Below are positions 29,684-43,964 of a DNA stretch of 64,000 bases, one piece after another (position 1 is the stretch's first letter; each line of letters begins with the position of its first letter). This DNA comes from Eledone cirrhosa (taxonomy: Eukaryota). Where the stretch lies: contig OZ024756.1 of assembly GCA_964016885.1 (NCBI GenBank), forward strand, positions 806,001-870,000, written 5' to 3'. Position numbers and translations under genes: made by a program. The notes under the pieces are model-generated. The model ran no database searches and had not been told where the DNA came from. It worked only from the letters and a program-made list of their open reading frames with translations.

Positions 29684-30807
29684 ATATATATATTACACAC
29701 ACAGAAATGTATATATATTTCTGTGTGTATATATATATATATATATATTACACACAGAAATGTATATATATATATTTCTGTGTGTGTATATATATATATA
29801 TTACGCACACAGAAATGTATATATGTTTCTGTAGCACTCCTCAATTCCCCCCTCCCTCTCTCCCGCTATCCCCCTCTTGTAGTCTGTCTCTTTCTTTCAC
29901 TCTCACTCTCTGTCTACGCATGCGCAAAAAACATTCGCACGCGCGCACGTGTTTTAGCGTCTATTCACTCTCTTCCTCTCTCCTTCCCGCTATCTCCCTC
30001 TCTCCCTACCGCTATCCCCCTCTCATAGTCTGTCTCTTTCTTTCACTCTCACTCTCTGTCTACGCGTGCGCAAAAAACATTGGCACGCGCGCACGTGTTT
30101 CCACTGTCGGACAGACAGACAAATTGCTGGTTATATATATAAGTAGATTATTATGCTGTGTGTGTGACACTGGTGTGTGTGTGACACTGGTGTGTGTGAC
30201 ACTGGTGTGTGTGACACAGGTGTGTGTTTGTGACACTGGTGTGTCTGTGTGTGTGACACTGGTGTGTGTGACACAGGTGTGTGTGTGGCACTGTGTGTGT
30301 GCGTGTGTGACACTGGTGTGTGTGTGTGGCACTGTGTGTGTGACACTGGTGTGTGTGTGTGTGGCACTGTGTGTGTGACACTGGTGTGTGACACAGGTGT
30401 GTGCGTGACACTGGTGTGTGTATGTGTTCCCTCCTGCCATTATTCACAGGTGTGTGTGTGTGTGTGTGTGTTACTTTCTTACACAGGCAGTATTGGTAGA
30501 GGGTCAGACGCCATGCTTTGCAGCATAGAGTTACGACCCTTTACGGCCTGAGTTCAAATCCCGCCGAGGTTAACTTTGCCTTCCTCCATCCTTACGGGGT
30601 CGATAAAATAAAGTACCAGTAATGTACTGGGTAATTGCTGGCCTTGTGCCAAAAGTAGAAACAATTATTCACAGGTGTGTAAATGTGGGCAAATGTGTTG
30701 TGTGGTCTTATCCCCTTAATCATATGGTGTGTGTGTATCTGTGTGTGTTTGTATCACCTTTTGCTAGGTGTGTGTGTCTGTACCTGTGTGTGTGTCTCAC
30801 CTTTTGT

Positions 30808-30855
<48 letters not shown>

Positions 30856-30899
30856 TCACCTTTTGCTAGGTGGGTTGCCAGGTGTGTGAATATGTGTGT

Positions 30900-31270
30900 G
30901 TATTACCTTTGTCATTATTCACAGGTGTGTGTAAATATATGTAAATATGTGTGTGTGTATGTATGTGACCTTTGTCATTATTCACGTATGTCTGTAAATA
31001 TATGTAAATATGTGTGTGTATGTATGTGACCTTTGTCATTATTCACGTATGTCTGTAAATATATGTAAATATGTGTGTGTGTATGTATGTGACCTTTGTC
31101 ATTATTCACGTATGTCTGTAAATATATGTAAATATGTGTGTGTGTATGTATGTGACCTTTGTCATTATTCACGTATGTCTGTAAATATATGTAAATATGT
31201 GTGTGTGTATGTATGTGACCTTTGTCATTATTCACGTATGTATGTAAATATATGTAAATATGTGTATGTC
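30900..31270. repeat. 61-63-bp tandem repeat, ~6 copies
   Basis: gacctttgtcattattcacg recurs at 30967, 31028, 31091, 31154 and 31217. Confidence 0.9.
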
Positions 31271-31399
31271 TAGATAAAGACATCTGTGTATTATCTGTAT
31301 ATAAAACAGTAAAGACATCTGGAGATCTTTTCATGTATTATTCTTTGTCATTGTTGTCATCTACAAATGTTTCTTAATTCTCTCTAGTTAATCTATCAA

Positions 31400-31970
31400 T
31401 TGTTGTTGTTGTCATTGTTCTTGTTGTTGTCATTGTTCTTGTTGTCATTGTTGCTGTTGTTGTTGTTGTTGTCAGTGTTCTTGTTATCATTGTTGGTGTT
31501 GTTGTCATTGTTCTTTTTGTTGTCAGTGTTCTTGTTGTCATTCTTGTTGTTGTTGTCATTGTTCTTGTTGTCACTGTTGTCATTGTTCTTGTCATTGTCA
31601 CTGTTGTCATTGTTGTCATCTACAAATGTTTCTTATTTCTCTCTAGTTAATGTAACAATTGTTGTTGTCAGTATTGTTGTTGTCATTGTTGTTGTTGTTG
31701 TCGTCATTGTTGTTGTTCTCATTGTCGGTGTTGTTGTTGTTCTCATTGTCGGTGTTGTTGTTCTCATTGTTGTTGTCAGTATTGTTGTTGTCATTGTTGT
31801 TGTTGTTGTCATTGTTGTTGTCATTGTTGTTGTTCTCATTGTCAGTGTTGTTGTTCTCATTGTTGTTGTTGTCGTTGTTGTTGTCATTGTTGTTGTTCTC
31901 ATTGTCAGTGTTGTTGTTGTTGTTGTTGTCATTGTTGTTGTCATTGTTGTTGTTCTCACTGTTGTTGTTA
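31400..31970. repeat. Degenerate (GTT)n trinucleotide repeat
   Basis: Directly visible. Confidence 0.95.
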
Positions 31971-32489
31971 TCTATAAATGCTTCTTAATTCCCTCTTATT
32001 GTTAGTCTATCAATTATTATTGTTGTTGTTGAAATGAAATCCTGTTTATTAGAGTTGTTGTTGTTGTATATCTGTTTTTAATTCCCTCTAGAATTCTCTA
32101 AATATTATTGTTAAGGTAATAAAGATAATAATAAAGATAATAATAATAATGGTACTGGTAGCTATTGATGTCAGAATGGTTATAAAGTCTCTGTAGAATG
32201 CGGTGGTGGTGGTGGTGATTTAAAAAAAAAAACACCTGTAGAATATTGAGGATCATTATTGTGGAGGTAATAAAGATGATCATGACAACAATGATGATGA
32301 TGATGATGGTACAGAGAGTTATAATTATTAACTTTTAATCTCCTGTACCACATGAAACCACATTAACAAGACATTCTTGAAAAGTACAAAACAGAATAAC
32401 TGCTCCTCATAAAATATTAAAGTTTTTTACTGTAATACAGCAAATTTTCTCAATGATCTGTCCTCTAGTAAAGATACTATAAACATTTG

Positions 32490-33300
32490 AGTTAACACAC
32501 CACATGAAACTACATTAATACGACATCAAACTACATGTAACAACACCACATTAAACTACATGTAATAACACCACATTAAGCTACTTGTAACACTCAACAT
32601 TAAAATTAAACTACATGTAACCACACCACATTAAACTACATGTAACACTCAACATTTAACAACACGATATTAAACTACATGTAACAACACCACATTAAGC
32701 TACTTGTAACACTCAACATTAAACTACATGTAACACTCAACATTTAACAACACATTAAACTACATGTAGCACTCAACATTTAACAACACATTAAACTACA
32801 TGTAGCACTCAACATTTAACAACTCATTAAACTACATGTAGCACTTAACATTTAACAACACAACATTAAACTACATCTTACAACACCACATTAAGTTACT
32901 TGTAACACTCAACATTAAACAACATTAATACAACATTAAACTACATCTTACAACACCACATTAAACTACATGCAACACTCAACATTAAACTACATTTAAC
33001 AACACCACATTAAACTACATGTAACACCACATTAAACTACATGTAACACCACATTAAACTACATTTAACACCACATTAAACTACATTAATACATCACATG
33101 AAATTACATGTAACAACACCACATGAAACTACATGTAACAACACCACATTAAACTATATTAATATAACATTAAACTACATGTAACACACCACATTAAACT
33201 ACATTAATACAACATTAAACTACATGTTACAACACCACATGAAATTACATGTAACAACACCACATGAAACTACATGTAACCACACCACATTAAACTAAAT
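32490..33300. repeat. Degenerate ~20-25-bp minisatellite (attaaactacatgtaacaacaccac)
   Basis: Directly visible; bracketed by a ~40-bp direct repeat at 32452 and 33370. Confidence 0.9.
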
Positions 33301-33659
33301 TAATGCAGCACTATGTCTGCATCACATTAAAAATAAAATATTGTTATTCTCTAATTCTGCAAAGTTTGACAATGATCTGTCCTCTAGTAAAGATACTATA
33401 AACATTTGAATTAACAATCCTGTTTTTAGACATTTTCTGTGAAATTATTGCAGGATGTTAAGAGTTAATTTACAGGTAGATTTAAAAAATTCTAGTCAGT
33501 ACTATAAACTGGTAATGCTGGTGTCACTGACAAAACACCTTGTCTACCCTGTAATGTAGTCATGCTGGTGCCAGGTGAAAACACCCTGTTAACCCTGTAA
33601 TGTGGTTGTGTTGGAGACATGGTAAAATGCTCCCAGTAAATACTGTAAAGTGATTGGCA

Positions 33660-34933
33660 TTAGATAGGATATCTAGCTGTAGAAATGGAGTGGAGTGGTG
33701 GTAGGAAGGACATCTGGCTGTAGAAATGGAGTGGAGTGGTGGTAGGAAGGACATCTGGCTGTAGAAATGGAGTGGTGTGTGGTAGGAAGGACATCTGGCT
33801 GTAGAAATGGAGTGGTGTGTGGTAGGAAGGACATCCGGCTGTAGAAATGGAGTGGTGTGTGGTAGGAAGGACATCTGGCTGTAGAAATGGAGTGGAGTGG
33901 TGGTAGGAAGGACATCTGGCTCTAGAAATGGAGTGGAGTGGTGGTAGGAAGGACATCTGACTGTAGAAATGGAGTGGAGTGGTGGTAGGAAGGACATCTG
34001 GCTGTAGAAATGGAGTGGAGTGGTGGTAGGAAGGACATCTAGCTGTAGAAATGGAGTGGTGTGTGGTAGGAAGGACATCTGGCTGTAGAAATGGAGTGGT
34101 GTGTGGTAGGAAGGACATCTGGCTGTAGAAATGGAGTGGTGTGTGGTAGGAAGGACATCCGGCTGTAGAAAATGGAGTGGTGTGTGGTAGGAAGGGCATC
34201 TGGCTGTAGAAATGGAGTGGTGTATGGTAGGAAGGACATCTGGCTGTAGAAATGGAGTGGTGTGTGGTAGGAAGGATATCTGGCTGTAGAAATGGACTGG
34301 AGTGTGGTAGGAAGGACATCTGGCTATAGAAATGGAGTGGAGTGTGGTAAGAAGGGCATCTGGCTGTAGAAATGGACTGGAGTGTGGTAGGAAGGACATC
34401 TGGCTGTAGAAATGGAGTGGAGTGTGGTAGGAAGGACATCTGGCTGTAGAAATTGAGTGGAGTGTGGTAGGAAGGACATCTGGCTGTAGAAATGGAGTGG
34501 TGTGTGGTAGGAAGGATATCTGGCTGTAGAAATGGAGTGGAGTGTGGTAGGAAGGACATCTGGCTGTAGAAATGGAGTGGAGTGTGGTAGGAAGGACATC
34601 TGGCTGTAGAAATGGACTGGAGTGTGGTAGGAAGGACATCTGGCTGTAGAAATGGAGTGGAGTGTGGTAGGAAGGACATCTGGCTGTAGAAATGGAGTGG
34701 AGTGTGGTAGGAAGGATATCTGGTTGTAGAAATGGACTGGAGTGTGGTAGGAAGGACATCTGGCTGTAGAAATGGAGTGGAGTGTGGTAGGAAGGATATC
34801 TGGCTGTAGAAATGGACTGGAGTGTGGTAGGAAGGACATCTGGCTGTAGAAATGGAGTGGAGTGTGGTAGGAAGGATATCTGGGTGTAGAAATGGACTGG
34901 AGTGTGGTAGGAAGGACATCTGGCTGTAGAAAT
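33660..34933. repeat. 40-41-bp minisatellite (~31 copies) derived from the RTE 3' UTR motif
   Basis: Unit ggaaggacatctggctgtagaaatggagtggagtgtggta matches ggaagggcatccagctgtagaaa of the LINE/SINE tails. Confidence 0.92.
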
Positions 34934-37799
34934 GAAGTCAAAAACAGAACATATGACTAAGATGTGGCCCCCAACCAGTTTCACACCTGTGTGTGACAAC
35001 ATAGCTAAACCTTGCAAGTGTGGAAAATAGATGTTAGATGATGATAATTGTTTCTACTTTTAGGCACAAGGCCAGCAAATTACTCAGTGTATTACTGGTA
35101 CTTTATTTTATCGAGCCCGTAGGGATGAAAGGCAAAGTCAACCTCGGCGGGATTTGAACTCAGAATGGCAAGGGCCGTAACTCTATGCGTCAAAGGATGG
35201 TGTCCGACCCTCTACCAATACTGCCAATTCACCGCCCTTAGATGATGATAATGATGATGATGATGATGATGCTCACGATTATCTTTATAGTATTGATGAT
35301 GATGATGATCTTTATAGTATTGATGATGATGATGATCTTTATAGTATTGATGATGATGATGATCTTTATAGTATTGATGATGATGATGATGATCTTTATA
35401 GTATTGATGATGATGATGATGATGATGGTTTTTGAAAGACTAAATAATTAGTTAAATGAACAAATAAATGCTATTTAATATTGATACTTTATCTCTCTCT
35501 ACACACTCACTCACTCACTCACTCACTCACTCACTCTCATACCCTCACTCACTCACTCACTCACTCACTCACTCACTCACACATATACTCTCACATACAC
35601 ATATACTCACACACACACATATACTCACACACACACATATACTCACACACACACATATACTCTCACATACACATATACTCACACACACATATACTCACAC
35701 ACACATATACTCACACACACACATATACTCTCACACACATATACTCACACACACACACACACACTCACTCTCTCATACTCTCTCTCTCTCACACACACAC
35801 TCTCTCTCTTTCTCTCTCTCACACACACACACACACTCTCTCTTTCTCTCTCACACGCACACACTCTTTCTCTCTCTCTCTCTCTCTCTCACAGACACAC
35901 ACTCTCTCTCTCACATGCACACTCTCTCTCTCTCTCACACAATGATACATCAGTATCTTGCTATCAACAGTAAAATTGTATTGTCTTCCATTGATTAGAT
36001 TTAACTGTAAACATGGATAGCTTCTGTCTTGTGGTGGTGGGGGGAGTGTCAGTGGTGGCGGGGGGGTGGGGGTGCGTCAGTGGTGGTGGCGGGAGGTGTG
36101 TTAGTGAGGAACCAGTGGTGGGGGGTGGGGGTGTCAGTGGGGGGGGGGGGGGGGGGTGGGTGGGGGGTGGTTGTGTGTCAATGAGGGACCAATGGTGGTG
36201 GTGGTGGTTTTAAGTTTAGTGTACAACTCTTGTTTATAGGAGAGAGAGAGAGGTGTGTGTGAGAGAGAGGACTCTTGTTTATAGGAGGAGTGGGAAGAGG
36301 AAGAGAGGTCCTGGAGGAGTGAGTGACAAAGATGACTATATCCCCAGTTAGAGGTAAAAATAGGGAGGCAGAAGGACAAGACAATAGATAAAGGAAAGTG
36401 AAGAGATGAAGAAGAAACTGGAACAATGAATTTATGGTTGTATCATGTCACTATAGCAACAGTTAGTAGCAGCAGTGATTTACTTTTATTGGGTTCATCA
36501 TCACCATCATCATCATCGTTTAACGGCTATCTTCCACCCTAGCATGGAATCATCATCACCACCACCACCACCACTACCATCATCACCATTATCATCACCA
36601 CCACCATTATCATCACCACCACCACCACCATCATCACCATTATCATCACCACCATCATCACCACCATTATCACCATCATCACCATCATCATCACCACCAC
36701 CATTATCATCACCACCACCACCACCATCATCACCATTATCATCACCACCACCACCACCATCATCACCATTATCATCACCACCACCACCACCATCATCACC
36801 ATTATCATGTAATGCATACTTTTCCATGCTAGCATGGGTTAGACGAGTTGTCCTGCTGTGAGGCAAGTGAGATGAGGTGACTATATCTAATTCATCCACA
36901 ACTGATTCTGGCTTGGTTTCTATGGCTGGATGTCCTTCCTAACACCAACCCCAGTTTCTTAGGGGCAGACACTGTTGGTCCTTATTATAATTGTTTCTAC
37001 ATTTGGCACAAGGCCAGCAATTACCCAGTGTATTACTGGTACTTTATTTTATCGATCCCGTAAGGATGAAAGGGCAAGTTAACCTCGGCAGGATTTGAAC
37101 TCGGTTGTTACTTCCTTTTTCTCTCTCCCTGTCTCTGGAAATAAATTGGCTGAGTTCAGTCTTGGAGAGAGGGTGGGTTCTGTCAGGTTCACACATACTC
37201 ACACTCACACACACACACACACACACACACCCACACTCACATTCACACTCACACTCACACACAAACACTCACTCTCACACAAACACTCACTCTCACACAT
37301 ACACACACTCACACACTCACACTCTCACACAAACACTCTCGCACACACACTCTCACACAACCATACCCTCTCACACAAACACACTCTCACACAAACACTC
37401 ACTCTCACACACACTCTCACAACCACACACTCTCACACAAACACACACTCTCACACAAACACACACTCACACAAACACACACACTCTTACACACTCTCAC
37501 ACAACCACACTCTTATACTCTCACACACTCTCTCACACACTCTGTCACACTCTCTCACACTCTCACACACTCTCACACACTCTCACACACTCTCACACAC
37601 ACTCTCACACTCACTCTCACACATTCTCTCACACAACCACACACTCACACACACTCTCACACAAACACACTCTCACACAAACACAGACTCTTACACTCAC
37701 ACACTCTCACAAACACACACTCTCACACACTCTTTCACATTCTCCCACACACTCACTCTCTCACACTCTCTCACACACTCTCTCACACACTCACACACT

Positions 37800-37831
<32 letters not shown>

Positions 37832-37962
37832 CACACACACACATACACTCTCTCACACACACACACTCACACTCACACACCCATACACATCAAATGACAT
37901 ACTGAGTTCAGACGTGGCAAGGAGGTGGGTTCTGCCAGATGGGTTCTGCCCCAGCCTTGCTG

Positions 37963-39392
37963 TATGACACGACAGCTGCCCTATGACACGACAGCTGTCC
38001 TATGACACGACAGCTGTCCTATGACACGACAGCTGTCCTATGACACGACAGCTGCCCTATGACACGACAGCTGTCCTATGACACGACAGCTGTCCTATGA
38101 CACGACAGCTGTCCTATGACACGACAGCTGTCCTATGACACGACAGCTGTCCTATGACACGACAGCTGTCCTATGACACGACACCTGTCCTATGACACGA
38201 CACCTGTCCTATGACACGACACCTGTCCTATGACACGACACCTGTCCTATGACACGACAGCTGTCCTATGACACGACAGCTGTCCTATGACACGACAGCT
38301 GTCCTATGACACGACAGCTGTCCTATGACACGACAGCTGTCCTATGACACGACAGCTGTCCTATGACACGACAGCTGTCCTATGACACGACAGCTGCCCT
38401 ATGACACGACAGCTGCCCTATGACACGACAGCTGCCCTATGACACGACAGCTGCCCTATGACACGACAGCTGCCCTATGACACGACAGCTGCCCTATGAC
38501 ACGACAGCTGCCCTATGACACGACAGCTGCCCTATGACACGACAGCTGCCCTATGACACGACAGCTGTCCTATGACACGACAGCTGCCCTATGACACGAC
38601 AGCTGTCCTATGACACGACAGCTGTCCTATGACACGACAGCTGTCCTATGACACGACAGCTGTCCTATGACACGACAGCTGTCCTATGACACGACAGCTG
38701 TCCTATGACACGACAGCTGTCCTATGACACGACAGCTGTCCTATGACACGACAGCTGTCCTATGACACGACAGCTGTCCTATGACACGACAGCTGTCCTA
38801 TGACACGACAGCTGTCCTATGACACGACAGCTGTCCTATGACACGACAGCTGTCCTATGACACGACAGCTGTCCTATGACACGACAGCTGTCCTATGACA
38901 CGACAGCTGTCCTATGACACGACAGCTGTCCTATGACACGACAGCTGTCCTATGACACGACAGCTGTCCTATGACACGACAGCTGTCCTATGACACGACA
39001 GCTGTCCTATGACACGACAGCTGTCCTATGACACGACAGCTGTCCTATGACACGACAGCTGTCCTATGACACGACAGCTGTCCTATGACACGACAGCTGT
39101 CCTATGACACGACAGCTGTCCTATGACACGACAGCTGTCCTATGACACGACAGCTGTCCTATGACACGACAGCTGTCCTATGACACGACAGCTGTCCTAT
39201 GACACGACAGCTGTCCTATGACACGACAGCTGTCCTATGACACGACAGCTGTCCTATGACACGACAGCTGTCCTATGACACGACAGCTGTCCTATGACAC
39301 GACAGCTGTCCTATGACACGACAGCTGTCCTATGACACGACAGCTGTCCTATGACACGACAGCTGTCCTATGACACGACAGCTGTCCTATGA
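37963..39392. repeat. 19-bp minisatellite, ~75 near-perfect copies
   Basis: Unit tatgacacgacagctgtcc. Confidence 0.98.
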
Positions 39393-39580
39393 CTCCAATC
39401 ATGGTGGATATATTAACATAAGGCTTTAATCCAACCTGGATTGAACAACAGATGTCATAACATTGATTTGACATGATCAATCATTTACCCTCTAGATGTA
39501 TTGATCTTTAATTCAGGGTTGATTAAGTTAATTTCAGTACTTGACTGATATTTTATTTTATCAACTCTGGACAGATTAAT

Positions 39581-40140
39581 GAATACTGAAGCTGGCGCAT
39601 TACTGCACCAACTCCTGTAATTCTTGCACTTAATTCAGCCTCCTGCCTTCCACCAGTCATGAACACGGTCCTGAGATACTTGAACTTCTCTATATTCTTC
39701 AGCAGAACTCCATTCACATGTAGAGTGCACTGCGCAGGCTTCCTTGAGAGGACCGAAAGAATACAATCACGAATACAAGCGGCTGAAATGGGGGTTCCTC
39801 CAAAGGCTCTTTGGAGTAACGTTACTCAATAGAGTGTGTAGCTCGGAGATCAGAGAGTCACTCCAGGTAGAGCCACTACTTCTCTGAATTGAGAGATCAC
39901 AGCTCTGAAACTATGGGCATGTCTCAGGAAAGAATCACTGGACAGATTTTACAGGCAAAACCAACCAGGGGTAGACCCCGAGCAAGATAGTTGGATAACA
40001 TCCATGAGCTTGGCTGGTCTCACTTGGAGGATCCAGCTGGATCAATTAGAGACGGTTGTTTCTGACAGGGCCTGCTGGAAGGTGTGTTTGAGGACTCTGC
40101 CCCCCTCGACCCTCTCAGGAATAAGTGGGCGAAGAAGAAG
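39581..40140. mobile_element. 5'-inverted RTE (Rex3/Expander-like) fragment inserted in a SINE
   Basis: - strand part reads EKFKYL...ELSARI; + strand part reads RIQAAEMG...VEPLLL-IERSQL; (GAA)n tail; ~18-bp TSD at 39563 and 40141. Confidence 0.75.
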
Positions 40141-40692
40141 AACTCTGGAAAGATGAATTATAAAGTTGACATTAGCAAGATTTGAACTCAGAATATAAAG
40201 AACCAGAATCACCACAAGATATATTGAGAGGAATATCTATATTTCCTGTTACATGTGTATATATGTGGTGTAGCATGTAACAATATACAGCATTGTATTC
40301 AGATGTTCAACTGTTAGCTCTCGCTAAACACACTTGGTAACACTATAGCATGGCACAACTATGATATTACATACACGTGCTTGGACAAACAATTTAAGCT
40401 TTTTAGAGAAAAACTATAGGGTACTCATATATATTTTCATATGTCCTAGAAAATGACATTGGGAAAATATTATAAAGTTTAGCCTGCAGACAGATCTCCC
40501 TCCAGCATGTTATAACCCTGACATAATTTTCTATGACAATAGTCTTCTAATTAGCAACATAACAATACCAGCTGACTTTACAGTTGAGTAATAGTGAACT
40601 GGAAACCTAAGGAATTGTACGATTATGGCAGTTAAGAAATACATCCAACACAGCTAACTAATGAAAATGTCTCAGAAATGATTCAAATGAAA

Positions 40693-41181
40693 ACGTTAGT
40701 TATTTTATTAAACCAAATATACATGTTTATTTTCAATATAAAAATAATAAAAGAAGCAGGGGAAACAAAAGGAAAGAAAGAATAAGGAAATATAAAAAAT
40801 AAAAGAGGAGAAGAAGAAGAAAAAGATTGGGAAGGTGGGGGTTGGCAAGAGCTCTGGTGTCACAGAAGAGAGGGGAGGAGGGTGATTGGGCTTTGGGCAA
40901 GATGGCAGAAGTGCCGTGCCCCACTGACAAGATGGCAAAAGCTTTCCTCCGGATGATGGCCAGTGACACCCACTGCACCAGGCACCCGACCTCATGGGGC
41001 TCCCTCCTCAGATGAGCTGCCAAAGCTCCGATCTTGCAGAAAAGCTCGGCAGTACGGGGTCCAAGTATGCCTGAGGTCTCAATGGCGACCGGTGAGAAGA
41101 GGAAGTGGCCCGACAAATCCCGGTATTTGTTCATTTTACGTTCTTCTGTGAGGTGGGCTGCGATGCCAGGGTTTGTGGCCT
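40693..41181 (-). mobile_element. 3' fragment of a CRE-like non-LTR retrotransposon (restriction-like endonuclease C-terminus)
   Basis: KYRDL...FSPVAIETSGILG...LVQWVSLAIIRRKA; ~28-bp TSD at 40665-40692 and 41182-41209. Confidence 0.75.
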
Positions 41182-41595
41182 AAATGTCTCAGAAATAATT
41201 CAAATGAAACATAGTATCTTTCATTAGAAATATAATACCACATGGGTTAAAATAGTGAATTGGCAGGATTGTTAGGACAGTGGATAGAATGCTTTCAGGT
41301 ATAAGCTCCGGTTTTCTTTGATCTGAGGTCGATTCTCTCTGAGGTCAACTTTGCCTTTCATCCTTTTAAGATTGATAAAGTACCAGTCCAATACTGGGGT
41401 TGATTCTTCCTCTATATCTCTTTCTTAATTTCTCTCTATCACTATTCTGGTCACTTTCATTGGGACACACAAGCATTTCAAATTCCAAATTTTCCCAATG
41501 TTTCTCAACTTAAAGTAAACTTCTAGTTACTGGCTTCAAATTTTCTAAAAAGATGGAATTAGGGGCCAATGACGTTTTAGTGTAGGGTTTAACAT

Positions 41596-41658
<63 letters not shown>

Positions 41659-41996
41659 CACACACAACGCTAGAAAGTTTGATTCCTTGTAGCCACTTCA
41701 GTCCAGTTCTTTTCCATCTCTAGGGGTTATTTTACTTGATTTCCTCAACTATTATTTTGGTAATTTGCGTTGGGACAAAGACGTTTTGATTTCCAAATCT
41801 TTCTAATGCTTCTTAAGTCAACCTTTTTATTTATGCTCCTATCTAATGATTCCTGTCTCCAGGGGTACTTCACTCTTTTACCTGTTCCAGCTGGCAGGCT
41901 GAGGCCATGCTGGGGCACTGCCATTGATTCTTCTCAACTATCATTTGTAGTGACCAACTATTATGGTCACTTGTGTTGTGATGTACACATTTCATA

Positions 41997-42056
<60 letters not shown>

Positions 42057-42526
42057 AACAAGTTATAATGACAGCTAGAAATTCTTAAATCATTTAACCT
42101 TTACAATTGTTTCAACACAATGTTTGTGTTTGTACATATTTGATACAACCGTATAGTTACTTCCTACTTGTGGTGTATGTGTGTGTGTATATATATATAA
42201 ATATAAATAATTAGGTATAAATCGAAGTTGTAGCTGCAGTATAGCAGATACTAATCAAATTGTAAACACAAAAGTTAAGAAAGTATGACACCAAGAATAA
42301 AACAACCAAGTATATGTGGCCATAGTTTATAGCCACAACAACGTAGATACAAACAGGTTGAAGACTAACCTTGGCCATCTTGAAAAGTATCAATAGAAAT
42401 TGATAAAAATTTTCGATAGGTTTCTGGGATATCAAGAAGGTGCACCACACATATGTATAGTGATAAAGGTGGGTTTTTTACATTTTAATTTTACCTCTTA
42501 ATTATTATTATATTTCTCCACTTTTT

Positions 42527-43964
42527 GTAGACCTGATATCCTTCACTCTAGTGGTTCTCTACTCATTGTAGACCTGATATCCTTCACTCTAGTGGTTCTC
42601 TACTCATTGTAGACCTGATATCCTTCACTCTAATGGTTCTCTACTCATTGTAGACCTGATATCCTTCTCTCTAGTGGTCCTCTACTCATTGTAGACCTGA
42701 TATCCTTCACTCTAGTGGTTCTCTACTCATTGTAGACCTGATATCCTTCTCTCTAGTGGTTCTCTACTCATTGTAGACCTGATATCCTTCTCTCTAGTGG
42801 TCCTCTACTCATTGTAGACCTGATATCCTTCACTCTAGTGGTTCTCTACTCATTGTAGACCTGATATCCTTCACTCTAGTGGTTCTCTACTCATTGTAGA
42901 CCTGATATCCTTCACTCTAGTGGTTCTCTACTCATTGTAGACCTGATATTATTCTCTCTAGTGGTTCTCTACTCATTGTAGACCTGATATCCTTCACTCT
43001 AGTGGTTCTCTACTCATTGTAGACCTGATATCCTTCTCTCTAGTGGTCCTCTACTCATTGTAGACCTGATATCCTTCTCTCTAGTGGTCCTCTACTCATT
43101 GTAGACCTGATATCCTTCACTCTAGTGGTTCTCTACTCATTGTAGACCTGATATTATTCTCTCTAGTGGTTCTCTACTCATTGTAGACCTGATATCCTTC
43201 ACTCTAGTGGTTCTCTACTCATTGTAGACCTGATATCCTTCTCTCTAGTGGTTCTCTACTCATTGTAGACCTGATATCCTTCTCTCTAGTGGTTCTCTAC
43301 TCATTGTAGACCTGATATCCTTCACTCTAGTGGTCCTCTACTCATTGTAGACCTGATATCCTTCACTCTAGTGGTTCTCTACTCATTGTAGACCTGATAT
43401 TATTCTCTCTAGTGGTCCTCTACTCATTGTAGACCTGATATCCTTCACTCTAGTGGTTCTCTACTCATTGTAGACCTGATATCCTTCACTCTAGTGGTTC
43501 TCTACTCATTGTAGACCTGATATCCTTCACTCTAGTGGTTCTCTACTCATTGTAGACCTGATATCCTTCTCTCTAGTGGTTCTCTACTCATTGTAGACCT
43601 GATATTATTCTCTCTAGTGGTTCTCTACTCATTGTAGACCTGATATCCTTCACTCTAGTGGTTCTCTACTCATTGTAGACCTGATATCCTTCTCTCTAGT
43701 GGTCCTCTACTCATTGTAGACCTGATATCCTTCACTCTAGTGGTTCTCTACTCATTGTAGACCTGATATCCTTCACTCTAGTGGTTCTCTACTCATTGTA
43801 GACCTGATATCCTTCTCTCTAGTGGTCCTCTACTCATTGTAGACCTGATATCCTTCACTCTAGTGGTCCTCTACTCATTGTAGACCTGATATTATTCTCT
43901 CTAGTGGTTCTCTACTCATTGTAGACCTGATACCCTTCACTCTAGTGGTTCTCTACTCATTGTA
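42527..43964. repeat. 41-bp minisatellite, ~35 copies
   Basis: Unit acctgatatccttcactctagtggttctctactcattgtag. Confidence 0.98.

Larger units (their letters stand above)
23212..30147 (-). mobile_element. Cluster of nested or adjacent non-autonomous Helitrons with other insertions
   Basis: Hairpin+CTAG-type ends at 23212, 25893, ~27900 (decayed) and 28872; TC-type 5' ends at 23709, ~28870, 29369 and ~30147; block 23211-24000 is repeated at 28871-29660. Confidence 0.7.

Noticed and set aside
33560-35017. 485-aa and 419-aa repetitive ORFs
   Set aside because: Products of the 40-bp minisatellite; the unit is not a multiple of 3 and derives from a UTR
31374-37967. Thr-, Val-, His- and Pro/Gly-rich ORFs resembling mucins or structural proteins
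   Set aside because: Simple GTT, CA/CT and CAC/CAT repeats with no splice or codon evidence
37963-43964. CRISPR-like appearance of the 19-bp and 41-bp arrays
   Set aside because: Head-to-tail repeats with no unique spacers, no cas genes and a eukaryotic intronic context
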